A DNA stretch of 58,337 bases from Bacillota bacterium (GTDB lineage: Bacteria > Bacillota > SHA-98 > UBA4971), in contig JAPXLY010000002.1 of the NCBI GenBank assembly GCA_033809295.1, positions 1 to 58,337 of the forward strand, in the 5' to 3' direction. A program made the translations under genes and the position numbers. The notes beneath the pieces were generated by a model that saw only the letters and a program-made list of their open reading frames with translations, was not told where the DNA came from and did no database searches. This document shows positions 35,348 through 43,757 of the stretch, piece after piece (position 1 is the first letter of the stretch; the number at the start of each line of letters is the position of its first letter).

Positions 35348-36523
35348 TTATAGAATGCCTTTAACAAGCACAATAGGCGTGGCTGCATCTGCAGAACCGC
35401 TGACTAGGTCTGCCAGGCTTGCGATAACGTCCTCGATTCTCCTCGGGGTAGTGCCTTCCGTAGCATCTGATTGCTTATCTATAGGTTCATTTGCCTTAGC
35501 CTTCAGAGCGTTTTCTATGTCAGAGATTCCTGTTCCTTGATACCACATTTCATCAACGATGTATTTGTACTTCAGCCCTTCACGGTATCTTCCGGCAAGG
35601 CCCGGTGTCATCCCGAAGGTGGGCTTCGGGTCAGCTAATTCATATATGCCGGTAGACGGATCGCGGTAAGCGCCGTCCCCGAAGATCAGTACTTCTATGT
35701 CTTTGCCCAGGTCCTTGGCGACCCTGGCTTGTATATTCTGTGCGACTTCATCTGAATTGCGCGGAGCAAGTTTCAGCCTGTCTCCGGAAGACATATTGCT
35801 CCCGAGAAGCCCCCATTCAGACCAAGCGCCCGGAGGTGTGTTACAGAGGCTCTGAAGAGTTATGCACTTCTCTATTACCGGTTGAAGGACAGCCTTTGTC
35901 TCTTCCCGGTTATGGACATTTGCTACGACAACTGCATCAGGATTAGCTTCGCCAATCCTGGCAGGATCGTTGGAGAAATAAAGCGTGGCCTTGGCGCCTT
36001 GCTCGGTGATTGTAGCAGTGTAAAGGTCAACATAGTCAACTGCAGTTATCGGATGCCTTAGCCTGTCTGAGCCTGCTTCTTCCAGAGTAATGATATCACT
36101 GTCGGCTTTCCCAAGCTTCTTTGCGAGGTCGGGACGGAGGATCGGGTTGCCCACTTCATCAGTGGGATGGGACAACTGCACTATAACCTCACCTTGCGAG
36201 ACAGCTCTGGCAAGCCCCTTAAGTACCAGCCAAAACCTGTTACGGCTCAAAATGGGGAATACAACCCCGAGTCTTGCGGAGGGTCGGATTTTCAGTTGTC
36301 TGCGTGCTTCTTCAGCAATATCATCGACAGTGACGTAGTTGTCCTGTGCTCGTGCCACTACTGACTCAGTAACGCAAACAGTGTCCCCCGAAGACAGCAG
36401 GCCGTCCTTGTGGCACTTGGCCAGTGCATCGAAAGTCATCTGAACTATATCAGATCCCGGGACGACTACTCCTATCTTGATGCCGAATGCCGATACCCCT
36501 GTGTACTCAGGTAATCTTGTCAC
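35348..36523 (-). CDS. CofE-like (F420-0:gamma-glutamyl ligase family) protein; function uncertain
   Basis: N-terminal region (GIKIGVVVPGSDIVQMTFDAL...SGDTVCVTESVVARAQDNYVTVDDI) resembles the CofE pattern PGDDL...GD.lvv..K.vSKaEGr. It is longer (391 aa) than canonical CofE. Confidence 0.45.
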   Translation of the reverse strand: MTRLPEYTGVSAFGIKIGVVVPGSDIVQMTFDALAKCHKDGLLSSGDTVCVTESVVARAQDNYVTVDDIAEEARRQLKIRPSARLGVVFPILSRNRFWLVLKGLARAVSQGEVIVQLSHPTDEVGNPILRPDLAKKLGKADSDIITLEEAGSDRLRHPITAVDYVDLYTATITEQGAKATLYFSNDPARIGEANPDAVVVANVHNREETKAVLQPVIEKCITLQSLCNTPPGAWSEWGLLGSNMSSGDRLKLAPRNSDEVAQNIQARVAKDLGKDIEVLIFGDGAYRDPSTGIYELADPKPTFGMTPGLAGRYREGLKYKYIVDEMWYQGTGISDIENALKAKANEPIDKQSDATEGTTPRRIEDVIASLADLVSGSADAATPIVLVKGIL

Positions 36524-36701
36524 TTTTCAACATTCCTTTTCTCCGTGAAGTTTAGCATATGAGTCCGCTCATAGAATATACCTGAAATGTCTCACTTTAG
36601 CAACGTTAGTGCTCTACGCTGCGAGTCCGCGTTTTTCGATTGCAGAAGAGCGGGGGAGAATATAGTCAGAATCTTGTGCAGCTCTGCGTTGGGAGGTTAG
36701 G

Positions 36702-36736
36702 CGAAAAAATTAGGATTTTGCCAGAAGGCAAAACCC
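36702..36736 (-). terminator. terminator after tRNA-Arg(ACG)
   Basis: - strand: GGGTTTTGCC-TTCT-GGCAAAATCC followed by TAATTTTTTC. Confidence 0.75.
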
Positions 36737-36746
36737 GTATCAAAAA

Positions 36747-36823
36747 TGGCGCGCCCGGCAGGATTCGAACCTGCGGCCTTCTGATCCGTAGTCAGACGCT
36801 CTAATCCACTGAGCTACGGGCGC
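36747..36823 (-). tRNA. tRNA-Arg (anticodon ACG), CCA encoded
   Basis: The reverse complement reads GCGCCCG TA GCTC AGTGGATTA GAGC G TCTGA CTACGGA TCAGA AGGCC GCAGG TTCGAAT CCTGC CGGGCGC G CCA. Confidence 0.9.
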
Positions 36824-36897
36824 GCGAAAACAGTCGTTAGCAAAGACCCTCTTTTGTGCAGCTTGAATTGTCATTTCTGAGCTACTTCCCATTTGCT

Positions 36898-36926
36898 ATA
36901 ATAGCATAACTCACAGGGGCGTTCAA
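36898..36926 (-). promoter_or_regulatory. sigma-A type promoter for tRNA-Arg(ACG)
   Basis: - strand: TTGAAC, 17 nt, TATTAT, with TGC immediately upstream of the -10. Confidence 0.55.
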
Positions 36927-37050
36927 GAGTCACAAAGGCCTCACAAAATCGCCAAGATCTCACGAAAGCCTCACATAAATGGGAAGTTGATGGGTCTTGC
37001 GGACAAAGGGACTGAGGACCAACCGCTTCACCTGGGTTCGCACTCGCCTT

Positions 37051-37356
37051 TTATTGCACAAATAGCTGTATAAGATAGACAGTCACGATTGCGCCTACAG
37101 CGACTTCCAACAGGCCTTTTTCAAAGAAAGCCAAAGTAATTGCAGCTATCATTCCGATCAAGGCTGAAGTCATATCTCCGGTAGAACACAATATTCCCGG
37201 GAAAGTCATAGCCCCCAAGGCAGCAAACGGCACATAATACAAAAAAGAACGTAAGAAGCGGGATTTTGAACGTTCTTTGACAAAGAGCATTGGCAATACC
37301 CGCGGAATATACGTAACAGTTGCCATTAGAATTACTGCAATAATCGTTTTCTGCAT
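37051..37356 (-). CDS. azlD: branched-chain amino acid exporter small subunit AzlD
   Basis: ~100-aa, 3-4 TM protein directly after azlC. The ATG at 37356 sits 1 nt from the azlC stop. The longer ORF to 37422 would overlap azlC. Confidence 0.75.
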   Translation of the reverse strand: MQKTIIAVILMATVTYIPRVLPMLFVKERSKSRFLRSFLYYVPFAALGAMTFPGILCSTGDMTSALIGMIAAITLAFFEKGLLEVAVGAIVTVYLIQLFVQ

Positions 37357-37357
37357 C

Positions 37358-38125
37358 CTAGAGATCCTCCCTGGGGAAAAGGATTGCTCCAATAAGGCAA
37401 GCGGCAATGGTTGCAATAACAATGCTCCATCCGGATGAAATCTGCTTGAGGTAGGGAGCCCAAGTAAATAGACAACTGATAGCTATTGCGACCATAGTAA
37501 TGATCATGGTGGCTTTGGACTTCTTAGAGCTCGGAACGATTAAAGCAATAAACATTGCATATAAAGCAATACCCATTGAATTCTGTATCCTGGCAGGAAG
37601 AACAGAACAAATAGTCGCGCCCATCGCTGTCCCCAAGGCCCATCCCCAGTAGGGACAGACGACAAGGCCTAGCATATACGTGAACGAAATGTCTCGTCTT
37701 TCCAGTGAAGCGACGGTAAATGTCTCATCTGTGATGCCGAATGACATAATACATCTTTCAAGTAACGACGTCTCCGGAGCAATTCTCTGTGAGAGAGAAA
37801 GAGACATTAATAAGTATCTGATATTAATCACAAAAGTAGTTAATGCAATTTCAAACAGAGGCTTGCCGGAGATAATAAGGTTTGTGCCTGCGAATTGCCC
37901 GGCAGAGGTGAGGTTGGTTAAGGAAATGAGAATAGCGACCCAAACAGGAATACCGCCGCTTACAGCCATAAGGCCGAAAGTAAAGGAAACCGGAACATAA
38001 CCTAATGCAATGGGGATGCCTTGTTTTAGTCCGTATCCAAAATCATCAAGTTGACGCGTAAAAGCAGTGTCACTTCTTCGATCAATAGCTAATTTCAACT
38101 GAGAGGCCTCCATACCAAGGTGCAA
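37358..38125 (-). CDS. azlC: AzlC-family branched-chain amino acid exporter subunit
   Basis: GIPIALGYVPVSFTFGLMAV and LTNLTSAGQFAG segments typical of AzlC; polytopic. Confidence 0.8.
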   Translation of the reverse strand: MHLGMEASQLKLAIDRRSDTAFTRQLDDFGYGLKQGIPIALGYVPVSFTFGLMAVSGGIPVWVAILISLTNLTSAGQFAGTNLIISGKPLFEIALTTFVINIRYLLMSLSLSQRIAPETSLLERCIMSFGITDETFTVASLERRDISFTYMLGLVVCPYWGWALGTAMGATICSVLPARIQNSMGIALYAMFIALIVPSSKKSKATMIITMVAIAISCLFTWAPYLKQISSGWSIVIATIAACLIGAILFPREDL

Positions 38126-38237
38126 CTGCTATCCCGTAAGAAAATACTGTAAAGTATGAAACGCATAATGTCAAGCCATTCGACAGACTAGTCGACAAGC
38201 CAGTCGACAAGCAGTTGCCTGCTGTAACCCTGCGAGC

Positions 38238-38730
38238 GGAAATTCCGCAAGTCATAGAGCGCAATATGTGCTGAGCCGGCGTAAATACTCAAAGGGAGCA
38301 ACTGGAAGAGGGGAGCAACCGGAAGAGGCTATTGGATTTTCGGAAATACTATCATGGCATTGTAATGAGTTGTCTGACTCGGACAAAGGATCGATTACCA
38401 AGGCATTCCATCTTCGGAGTGGCTCACTGGATGGGCCAATCGGTAGCCGAAAGGACCTCAAATCCGCGTGAGTGGCTCTCGGGACGAGCCACTCGGCGAT
38501 GGATCCGCTGTGAAGTCTACTTGACTGGCTCTCAGGGAGAGTCGGTCGGCAGTTGGAAGCACATTAGAACTGCTTAAGTGGCTCTTCTGCCGAGCCACGT
38601 TGGACTAAGATACCTATTACCTATTAAGGGAGCTTTGGTATGATCCGTACGACGTCACCCTGATGGCAAGGACAAGATAGGCTTTTTTGAAAGTCGATGG
38701 GGTGATTCGGGGTAAGACAGAAAGCATATA
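38238..38730 (+). repeat. copy 2 of the modular element (5' block with an internal 17-nt duplication, four 53-nt hairpin modules, 3' block); candidate structured RNA
   Basis: Alignable with 21560-22133. Hairpins start at 38420, 38473, 38526 and 38579 (exact 53-nt period). See findings. Confidence 0.9.
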
Positions 38731-39169
38731 TTGGTTTATGTCATTGCCGCAGGGGATGTGTTATTATATGGATAAGGCCGGCTGGAGAGCAGGATCAGAT
38801 GGATGTACGTTCATATCAGGAGCCACGAACGTAGTGCTGTTTTGAATCTACCGAACAGGCTCCGGATAGCTAGCGCGGATTCCGGCATTTCGTGAGGCAT
38901 GGTTACGACAGGGGCTTCATATGAGATCGAATGCAAGGACTGATGCAGGGACTGATGGAAGACCTTCCCAGAGTCATTATGTTGTTCAAGGAGGACACCG
39001 AGGCTTTCCTGGACGCACTGACCCGGATGATCCGTATGATTCGTGAGATTGAGGAATGACAGACTGATCATCCTGAGAAGGAATCCGCGGCCTGAGGGAG
39101 AACTAAAGTAAATGGCAACAATGACAGCCCCATGAAGGGGCGACTTCCGAACTGCATAGGAGGCCTGCC

Positions 39170-39592
39170 GTGAAGATCGCTGTTGTGGACGGACAAGGCG
39201 GCGGGATTGGCAAGAGCATCATTGAGAAACTGAGAAAGGAACTCAGCGCCGAACAAGCCGCGAAGGTGACAATAATAGCCCTTGGCACAAATGCACTGGC
39301 AACAGGCTCAATGCTTAAGGCAGGAGCGGATGAAGGAGCTACAGGCGAGAACGCCATTGTAGTGACAGTTGAAACTGTAGACGTTATCCTTGGACCTCTG
39401 GGGATAGTGCTTGCAAACTCTATACTCGGTGAGCTGACTCCTAAAATGGCAAGCGCCATAGCCTCATGTAAAGCACATAAGGTCCTGATTCCCATGACTC
39501 GTTGCGGGGTCGAGATCGTAGGCGCCAGGATAGAGCCATTGCCTCGCCAGATTGATGCCTTGGTAGAGAAGGCCATTGAGCTCCTGGATTGA
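39170..39592 (+). CDS. DUF3842-family protein
   Basis: MKIAVVDGQGGGIGKSIIEKLRKEL start and ~140-aa size are as in DUF3842 proteins of Clostridia. GTG start 6 nt after AGGAGG. Confidence 0.7.
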   Translation: MKIAVVDGQGGGIGKSIIEKLRKELSAEQAAKVTIIALGTNALATGSMLKAGADEGATGENAIVVTVETVDVILGPLGIVLANSILGELTPKMASAIASCKAHKVLIPMTRCGVEIVGARIEPLPRQIDALVEKAIELLD

Positions 39593-39683
39593 ATGGGAGC
39601 AACCGCCACCCTGTGAATAGCGGCGGATAATGGTGAATAGCTAAGCATAAACCGCTGGATAAATAGTGTATGACCAAGAAGGT

Positions 39684-39731
39684 CTGCGTTCTTTGTCAGT
39701 AGACGAAGATAGTACGCAGGCTTTTTCTTTG
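39684..39731 (+). terminator. stem-loop with U tract after the DUF3842 gene
   Basis: CTGCGTTCTTTGTC-agta-GACGAAGAtagtACGCAG followed by GCTTTTTCTTTG. Confidence 0.6.
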
Positions 39732-39951
39732 TCCCAAGGCATTCACTGCAAGGAGGGGCCGGTAGCCGGAAGGGCCGCGGGCAAGAGAGAGCTGAAGGCC
39801 GGAAAGGGCTGTCGGTAAAAAGGAGCTGCCGACAAGAGGGAGTCGCAGGCAAGAAAAAGCTGTCGGCTGGAAGAGGTTGTGACACGGTTTTCCCAGGCAG
39901 GGCATAAGAAACATTCGTGCGAAAGCATTCATATGGAAAGGGGTATCGACT

Positions 39952-40500
39952 ATGAGGGACGGCAATATTAGGAATCTGATTTTAGGTGGACTGTTCGTGG
40001 CACTGGGAATTATTGTGCCAATTGCATTTCATTCCATTGGCGCAGGCCCTGTATTTCTTCCCATGCATATTCCAGTTTTACTCGCAGGATTCATAACCGG
40101 GCCTGCCATTGGAGGCCTGGTCGGGGCTGTGACCCCTATCTTGAGTTCTCTCTTGACAGGGATGCCTCCCCTTATGCCTCCTAAGGCCCAGATGATGGTG
40201 GCGGAGCTCGCCGTGTACGGCCTGCTTTCCGGATTTGCTTACAGAACCCGGAGGCTTCATGTGATCTTGTCATTGATTATCGCTATGTTCGGTGGACGGA
40301 TTGTTTACGGGATTCTCGCAGCCTACGTTTTGCCGTTATTCGGATTCAGCCCGGTTCCGGTTCTCTATCCGATAACAGCGGGACTCGTTACGAGTGTTCC
40401 GGGAATAGTAATTCAACTGCTGCTTATCCCGTCTGTTGTATGGCTCCTTGAAAAGCAGCTTAAGGCGGACAAACCTGCCCGCAACACCTCGCGTAAGTAG
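39952..40500 (+). CDS. ECF-transporter S component, substrate unknown
   Basis: 182-aa, 5-6 TM protein (LFVALGIIVPIAFHSIGAGPVFLPMHIPVLLAGFITGP). GGAAAGGGG lies 8 nt before the ATG. No EcfA/T genes are nearby. Confidence 0.75.
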   Translation: MRDGNIRNLILGGLFVALGIIVPIAFHSIGAGPVFLPMHIPVLLAGFITGPAIGGLVGAVTPILSSLLTGMPPLMPPKAQMMVAELAVYGLLSGFAYRTRRLHVILSLIIAMFGGRIVYGILAAYVLPLFGFSPVPVLYPITAGLVTSVPGIVIQLLLIPSVVWLLEKQLKADKPARNTSRK

Positions 40501-40763
40501 GAACCGGCGGTCAAGGATTTGCGGGAGCTTGAGGAGGTCACCCAACACCTCGCGCAAGTAGGACAGAGACGCTGCGAGAAGGATAACAGAGCGGCTCATA
40601 AGGAGACGTAAAGGATCCACCAGGGTTTACGAAGCCAAGTGAGAGGCCGGCCGCGCGCGACCCACGAGGCTTGGCCACCGGCTACATAGATACGAGCGGC
40701 CGGCTTCCGCCTTTTGGGGTAGGCCATTCCAGGCAGTGCCCGCTTCAGGCCACTGTTTCGTCG

Positions 40764-40970
40764 GTGCTGTGCCGCGGTGCGGCACCACCGTGCTATATCA
40801 CAGTGCTGTATCATGGCGCTGTACCATGGCGGGGCGTACCACAGCGTTGTATCGCGGCACTACATCACATCACTGTGCCGTCGTGCTGCATTACAGTACT
40901 GCACACGATACTGTACTACAAGGCTGTATCATAGCACTGTTCTGTGGCGCTGCATTACAATGCTCTGCCC
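40764..40970 (+). repeat. degenerate ~13-nt tandem repeat tract (GYGCTGYAYYAYR, about 16 units)
   Basis: Read directly: gtgctgtgccgcg gtgcggcaccacc gtgctatatcaca gtgctgtatcatg gcgctgtaccatg ... gcgctgcattaca atgctctgccc. Confidence 0.85.
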
Positions 40971-41106
40971 TAAGTATGAGTTCATGAGACCGTTGTTCTC
41001 TCCCACATGGTGTTAACGCAGCTTGCTTGAATCGCAAAACCGGTCGCCGTCTTCGGCGAAACCGGCAGCTATTGGAGAAGTTCAACGGCCTCATGGCGAC
41101 CTACTT

Positions 41107-41194
41107 AGTGCTATGCTACGGTGCTATGCTACGGTAGCTGTGCTGTGTTACGGCGTGGGTTACGGCACCGCACTACGTGTGCTACTGTACCATG
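41107..41194 (+). repeat. second block of ~13-nt repeats (GTGCTATGCTACG type)
   Basis: agtgctatgctacg gtgctatgctacg gtagctgtgctgtgttacg gcgtgggttacg gcaccgcactacg tgtgctactgtaccatg. Confidence 0.8.
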
Positions 41195-41214
41195 CCCAAA
41201 TTGGCGGTTGTCTC

Positions 41215-42255
41215 TTACGGCACGCTTACAGTAACTTCGTTGCTCCTTGAGCTTTCATTCCCGCATGCGTCAACAGCAGTCACAATGTAGGAGTATGTAA
41301 CACCCGTTTTCGTGCCGGTGTCTGTGAAGGTTTGCTGTCCCGTGTCCTGTGAATGCCGGACTTCGGCGATGACTTTGAATCCCTCAAAAGGCGGTTGTCG
41401 CCTGTAAACGTTATACCCTATAAGATCAGAGTCTCGGGATTCATTCCACGTAAGGACAACTCCGTCTTCAGAGAGAGCGACTGCAAGGCCGGTCGGGGGA
41501 GACGGTGGTTCATTGAAGTCGATGATAATTGATACTTCGCCGGGTGAGAGATCCCAACCAACCGTCGTTATCCTGCCAGGGAGTATTTGGATTTCTTCCC
41601 AGAGACTTTCATAGACAAGATCTCCGTTCTCGTCGAGGAGTTTAATCATCATATAGTAAGTCTTCGGCTGTAAGCCCGAGACTGTGGCGACAAGCACATC
41701 CTCTCCCGGCTCGCGGTTTACGTTCGTCTGGCTCCTGAGATTGTTTGAATCCTTATACAGCCTCAGTCTTTGGACCCTTTCATGATCCGGGATTCCTGTA
41801 AGGTCTACGCTAAGCTCGAGTGTCCCAAGGGCAGGCTGCAGCACGACGCTTGCCTCGGCCGTTTCGTCTGCAGTAATCGCAGTCCTGCATGATCCCTCAT
41901 AAGCAACGTTGCCCTCAGCGTCTTTTAGCCGGACAATTACGGTCCAAGGCCCTACCACCACGTCGGAGAACATAATCTCCGCTTGGCCGTTTTCCAGTGT
42001 AACACTGCGGGATAGAACTGTTGTCCCGTTGGTCAGCGAGACTTCAGCTTGTGTGAGAGGCATTCCTCCCGAGTACGGCTGAACGCTACTTAAGCTCCGG
42101 GCCGATCCCATCGTGACAGCTTCCGGGATCACGATGGAAATCTTGACCGAACCGGTTTCTTCCTGATTGGCTAAAGGCCTGCCTCCAAAGCAGCCTGCGG
42201 GTCCTATGCCAACTACTACCAGTATGAGACATACTACAAGGCCACGCCTGGTCAT
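41215..42255 (-). CDS. exported protein with a C-terminal fibronectin type III domain (possible lipoprotein)
   Basis: Signal peptide LVVCLILVVVGIGPAGC. FN3-like end PPSPPTGLAVALSEDGVVLTWNES...YNVYRR...YSYIVTAVDACGNES. GGAGGG lies 5 nt before the ATG. Confidence 0.75.
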   Translation of the reverse strand: MTRRGLVVCLILVVVGIGPAGCFGGRPLANQEETGSVKISIVIPEAVTMGSARSLSSVQPYSGGMPLTQAEVSLTNGTTVLSRSVTLENGQAEIMFSDVVVGPWTVIVRLKDAEGNVAYEGSCRTAITADETAEASVVLQPALGTLELSVDLTGIPDHERVQRLRLYKDSNNLRSQTNVNREPGEDVLVATVSGLQPKTYYMMIKLLDENGDLVYESLWEEIQILPGRITTVGWDLSPGEVSIIIDFNEPPSPPTGLAVALSEDGVVLTWNESRDSDLIGYNVYRRQPPFEGFKVIAEVRHSQDTGQQTFTDTGTKTGVTYSYIVTAVDACGNESSRSNEVTVSVP

Positions 42256-42911
42256 GTCTTCCCTCCTTTCATGTCATGGTGCGCTATGATTGCTGCGATT
42301 TACAACAACCTTCCATTATTCTGAACAACTTTTGCCCCTACGCCTGAGTATGAATTCATTAGTTTTCGCTCGTTTTCCGAGTTCTTGGGGTGCCGGTGAT
42401 TGCAACGACGGGCGTCAAGATTCGGCCACCGGCATACGGGCCGGATTTTGTCAAGGCAACCCGCCAGGGGAGCCGTCCCCTTAGTGCAACATCGGCCTCA
42501 GAAAACGTACATACCTTGCGGGGCCACCCCACACGGTACGGACATTTTCCAGAGCCAGCGATTACTTATGGCGGAGACTGTTGAACTTGTCCTGTAACTG
42601 CCAATTTTGTCGAAGACGGCAACCGATTTCTGCGATTCAAGCGAACTGCGGTGACATAATATGGGAGACATCAACAATCTTATGGCGATCTGCTTAGATT
42701 CTACCTTGCTTGGATGTCGTGTTCTACCATATTCAGGAATTTCACTCCAATAATCGTCCCAAGGTAGGATTGCGAAGAACAAAGGGTGCTGAAAATAATC
42801 TTCTGTTCCGGGTGAAGGACTTTTCATTGGTGCACCGAAGATACAATATATCACGTTTATTATGCAGAAAATAATTTTCAGCCCCGTGGGTTGGCGGTGC
42901 GGAGGTATACA

Positions 42912-43757
42912 GTGGCAAGTTCCACATTAGGTAAGATTAGAGACGGGAAACTGACATTTAGGGAATCAGAGCAGACGGTCGCTGAATATGTGCTTGCCCA
43001 TCCCAGGGAAGTGGTAAATCTCCCCATTACTGAACTGGCCGAAAGGATCGGGGTCAGTGAAGCCACAATCGTGCGTATGTGCAAGCAAATTGGATTCCGA
43101 GGCTTCCAGGAACTCAAGATCAACCTGGCCCTAGAGATAGTCAGTCCTCTCCAGGCGGTTCATGAAGAGATTAAGGAAGGCGATGACGCGGATACAATCC
43201 TAAAGAAAGTAGTACGCGCTAATGTGCAGGCCCTGGACACTACTACTAATGTGCTGTCCACGAATGAGCTGAGTCGTGCAATACGAGCCCTCTTCGAAGC
43301 GAAGCGGATTTACTTCTACGGAGTAGGCGGTTCAGCCCCTATTGCTATGGATGCTGCTCATAAGTTCACAAAAACGGGAAAGCCTGTGATCGCATATAAT
43401 GACCCGCATATGCAGACAGTAGCTGCAGTTCTCCTGGGCCCCGGCGATGTGGTTGTTGGAATTTCTCATTCAGGTAGCAACCGAGATACTATTGAGGCTT
43501 TGGAAGTGGCAAAATCCCGAGGCGCCACCACAGTCGGGATAACGCATTACGCCAAATCCCCCATTGACAGGGTTCTCGACATAAAACTCGGGGTGTATTC
43601 CAGCGAGACTCTCTACAGAATTGAGAGCGCATCATCTCGCATAGCTCAACTCACCATTATTGACGCGCTATTTGTAGGTGTATGCCTCTGTGAGCCGGAA
43701 AAGGCAATTGACAACATTAGACTGACCAGGGAAGTCATAGTGCCTAAGAGATTCTAG
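42912..43757 (+). CDS. RpiR-family transcriptional regulator (HTH + SIS domain)
   Basis: HTH_6 region ITELAERIGVSEATIVRMCKQIGFRGFQELK and SIS region YFYGVGGSAPIA...GISHSGSN. GTG 42912 lies 6 nt after GGAGG. Confidence 0.9.
   Translation: MASSTLGKIRDGKLTFRESEQTVAEYVLAHPREVVNLPITELAERIGVSEATIVRMCKQIGFRGFQELKINLALEIVSPLQAVHEEIKEGDDADTILKKVVRANVQALDTTTNVLSTNELSRAIRALFEAKRIYFYGVGGSAPIAMDAAHKFTKTGKPVIAYNDPHMQTVAAVLLGPGDVVVGISHSGSNRDTIEALEVAKSRGATTVGITHYAKSPIDRVLDIKLGVYSSETLYRIESASSRIAQLTIIDALFVGVCLCEPEKAIDNIRLTREVIVPKRF

Noticed and set aside
38740-39169. A known riboswitch (TPP, THF, preQ1, cobalamin) upstream of DUF3842 and the second ECF S-component
   Set aside because: I could not find the diagnostic cores (for example CTGAGA...CCTGATCTGGATAATGCCAGCG for TPP). 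The similarity to any class is not better than chance by eye.
39103-39885. 260-aa - strand ORF
   Set aside because: It is antisense to the DUF3842 gene (which has a strong RBS and a family-typical sequence) and to the purine-rich leader. The translation is P/S/A-rich low complexity.
40671-41016. Three overlapping + strand ORFs (40671..40934, 40736..40987, 40777..41016)
   Set aside because: All three frames are open only because of the stop-poor 13-nt satellite. The translations are repetitive (C/Y/H/T/A-rich) and mutually overlapping.
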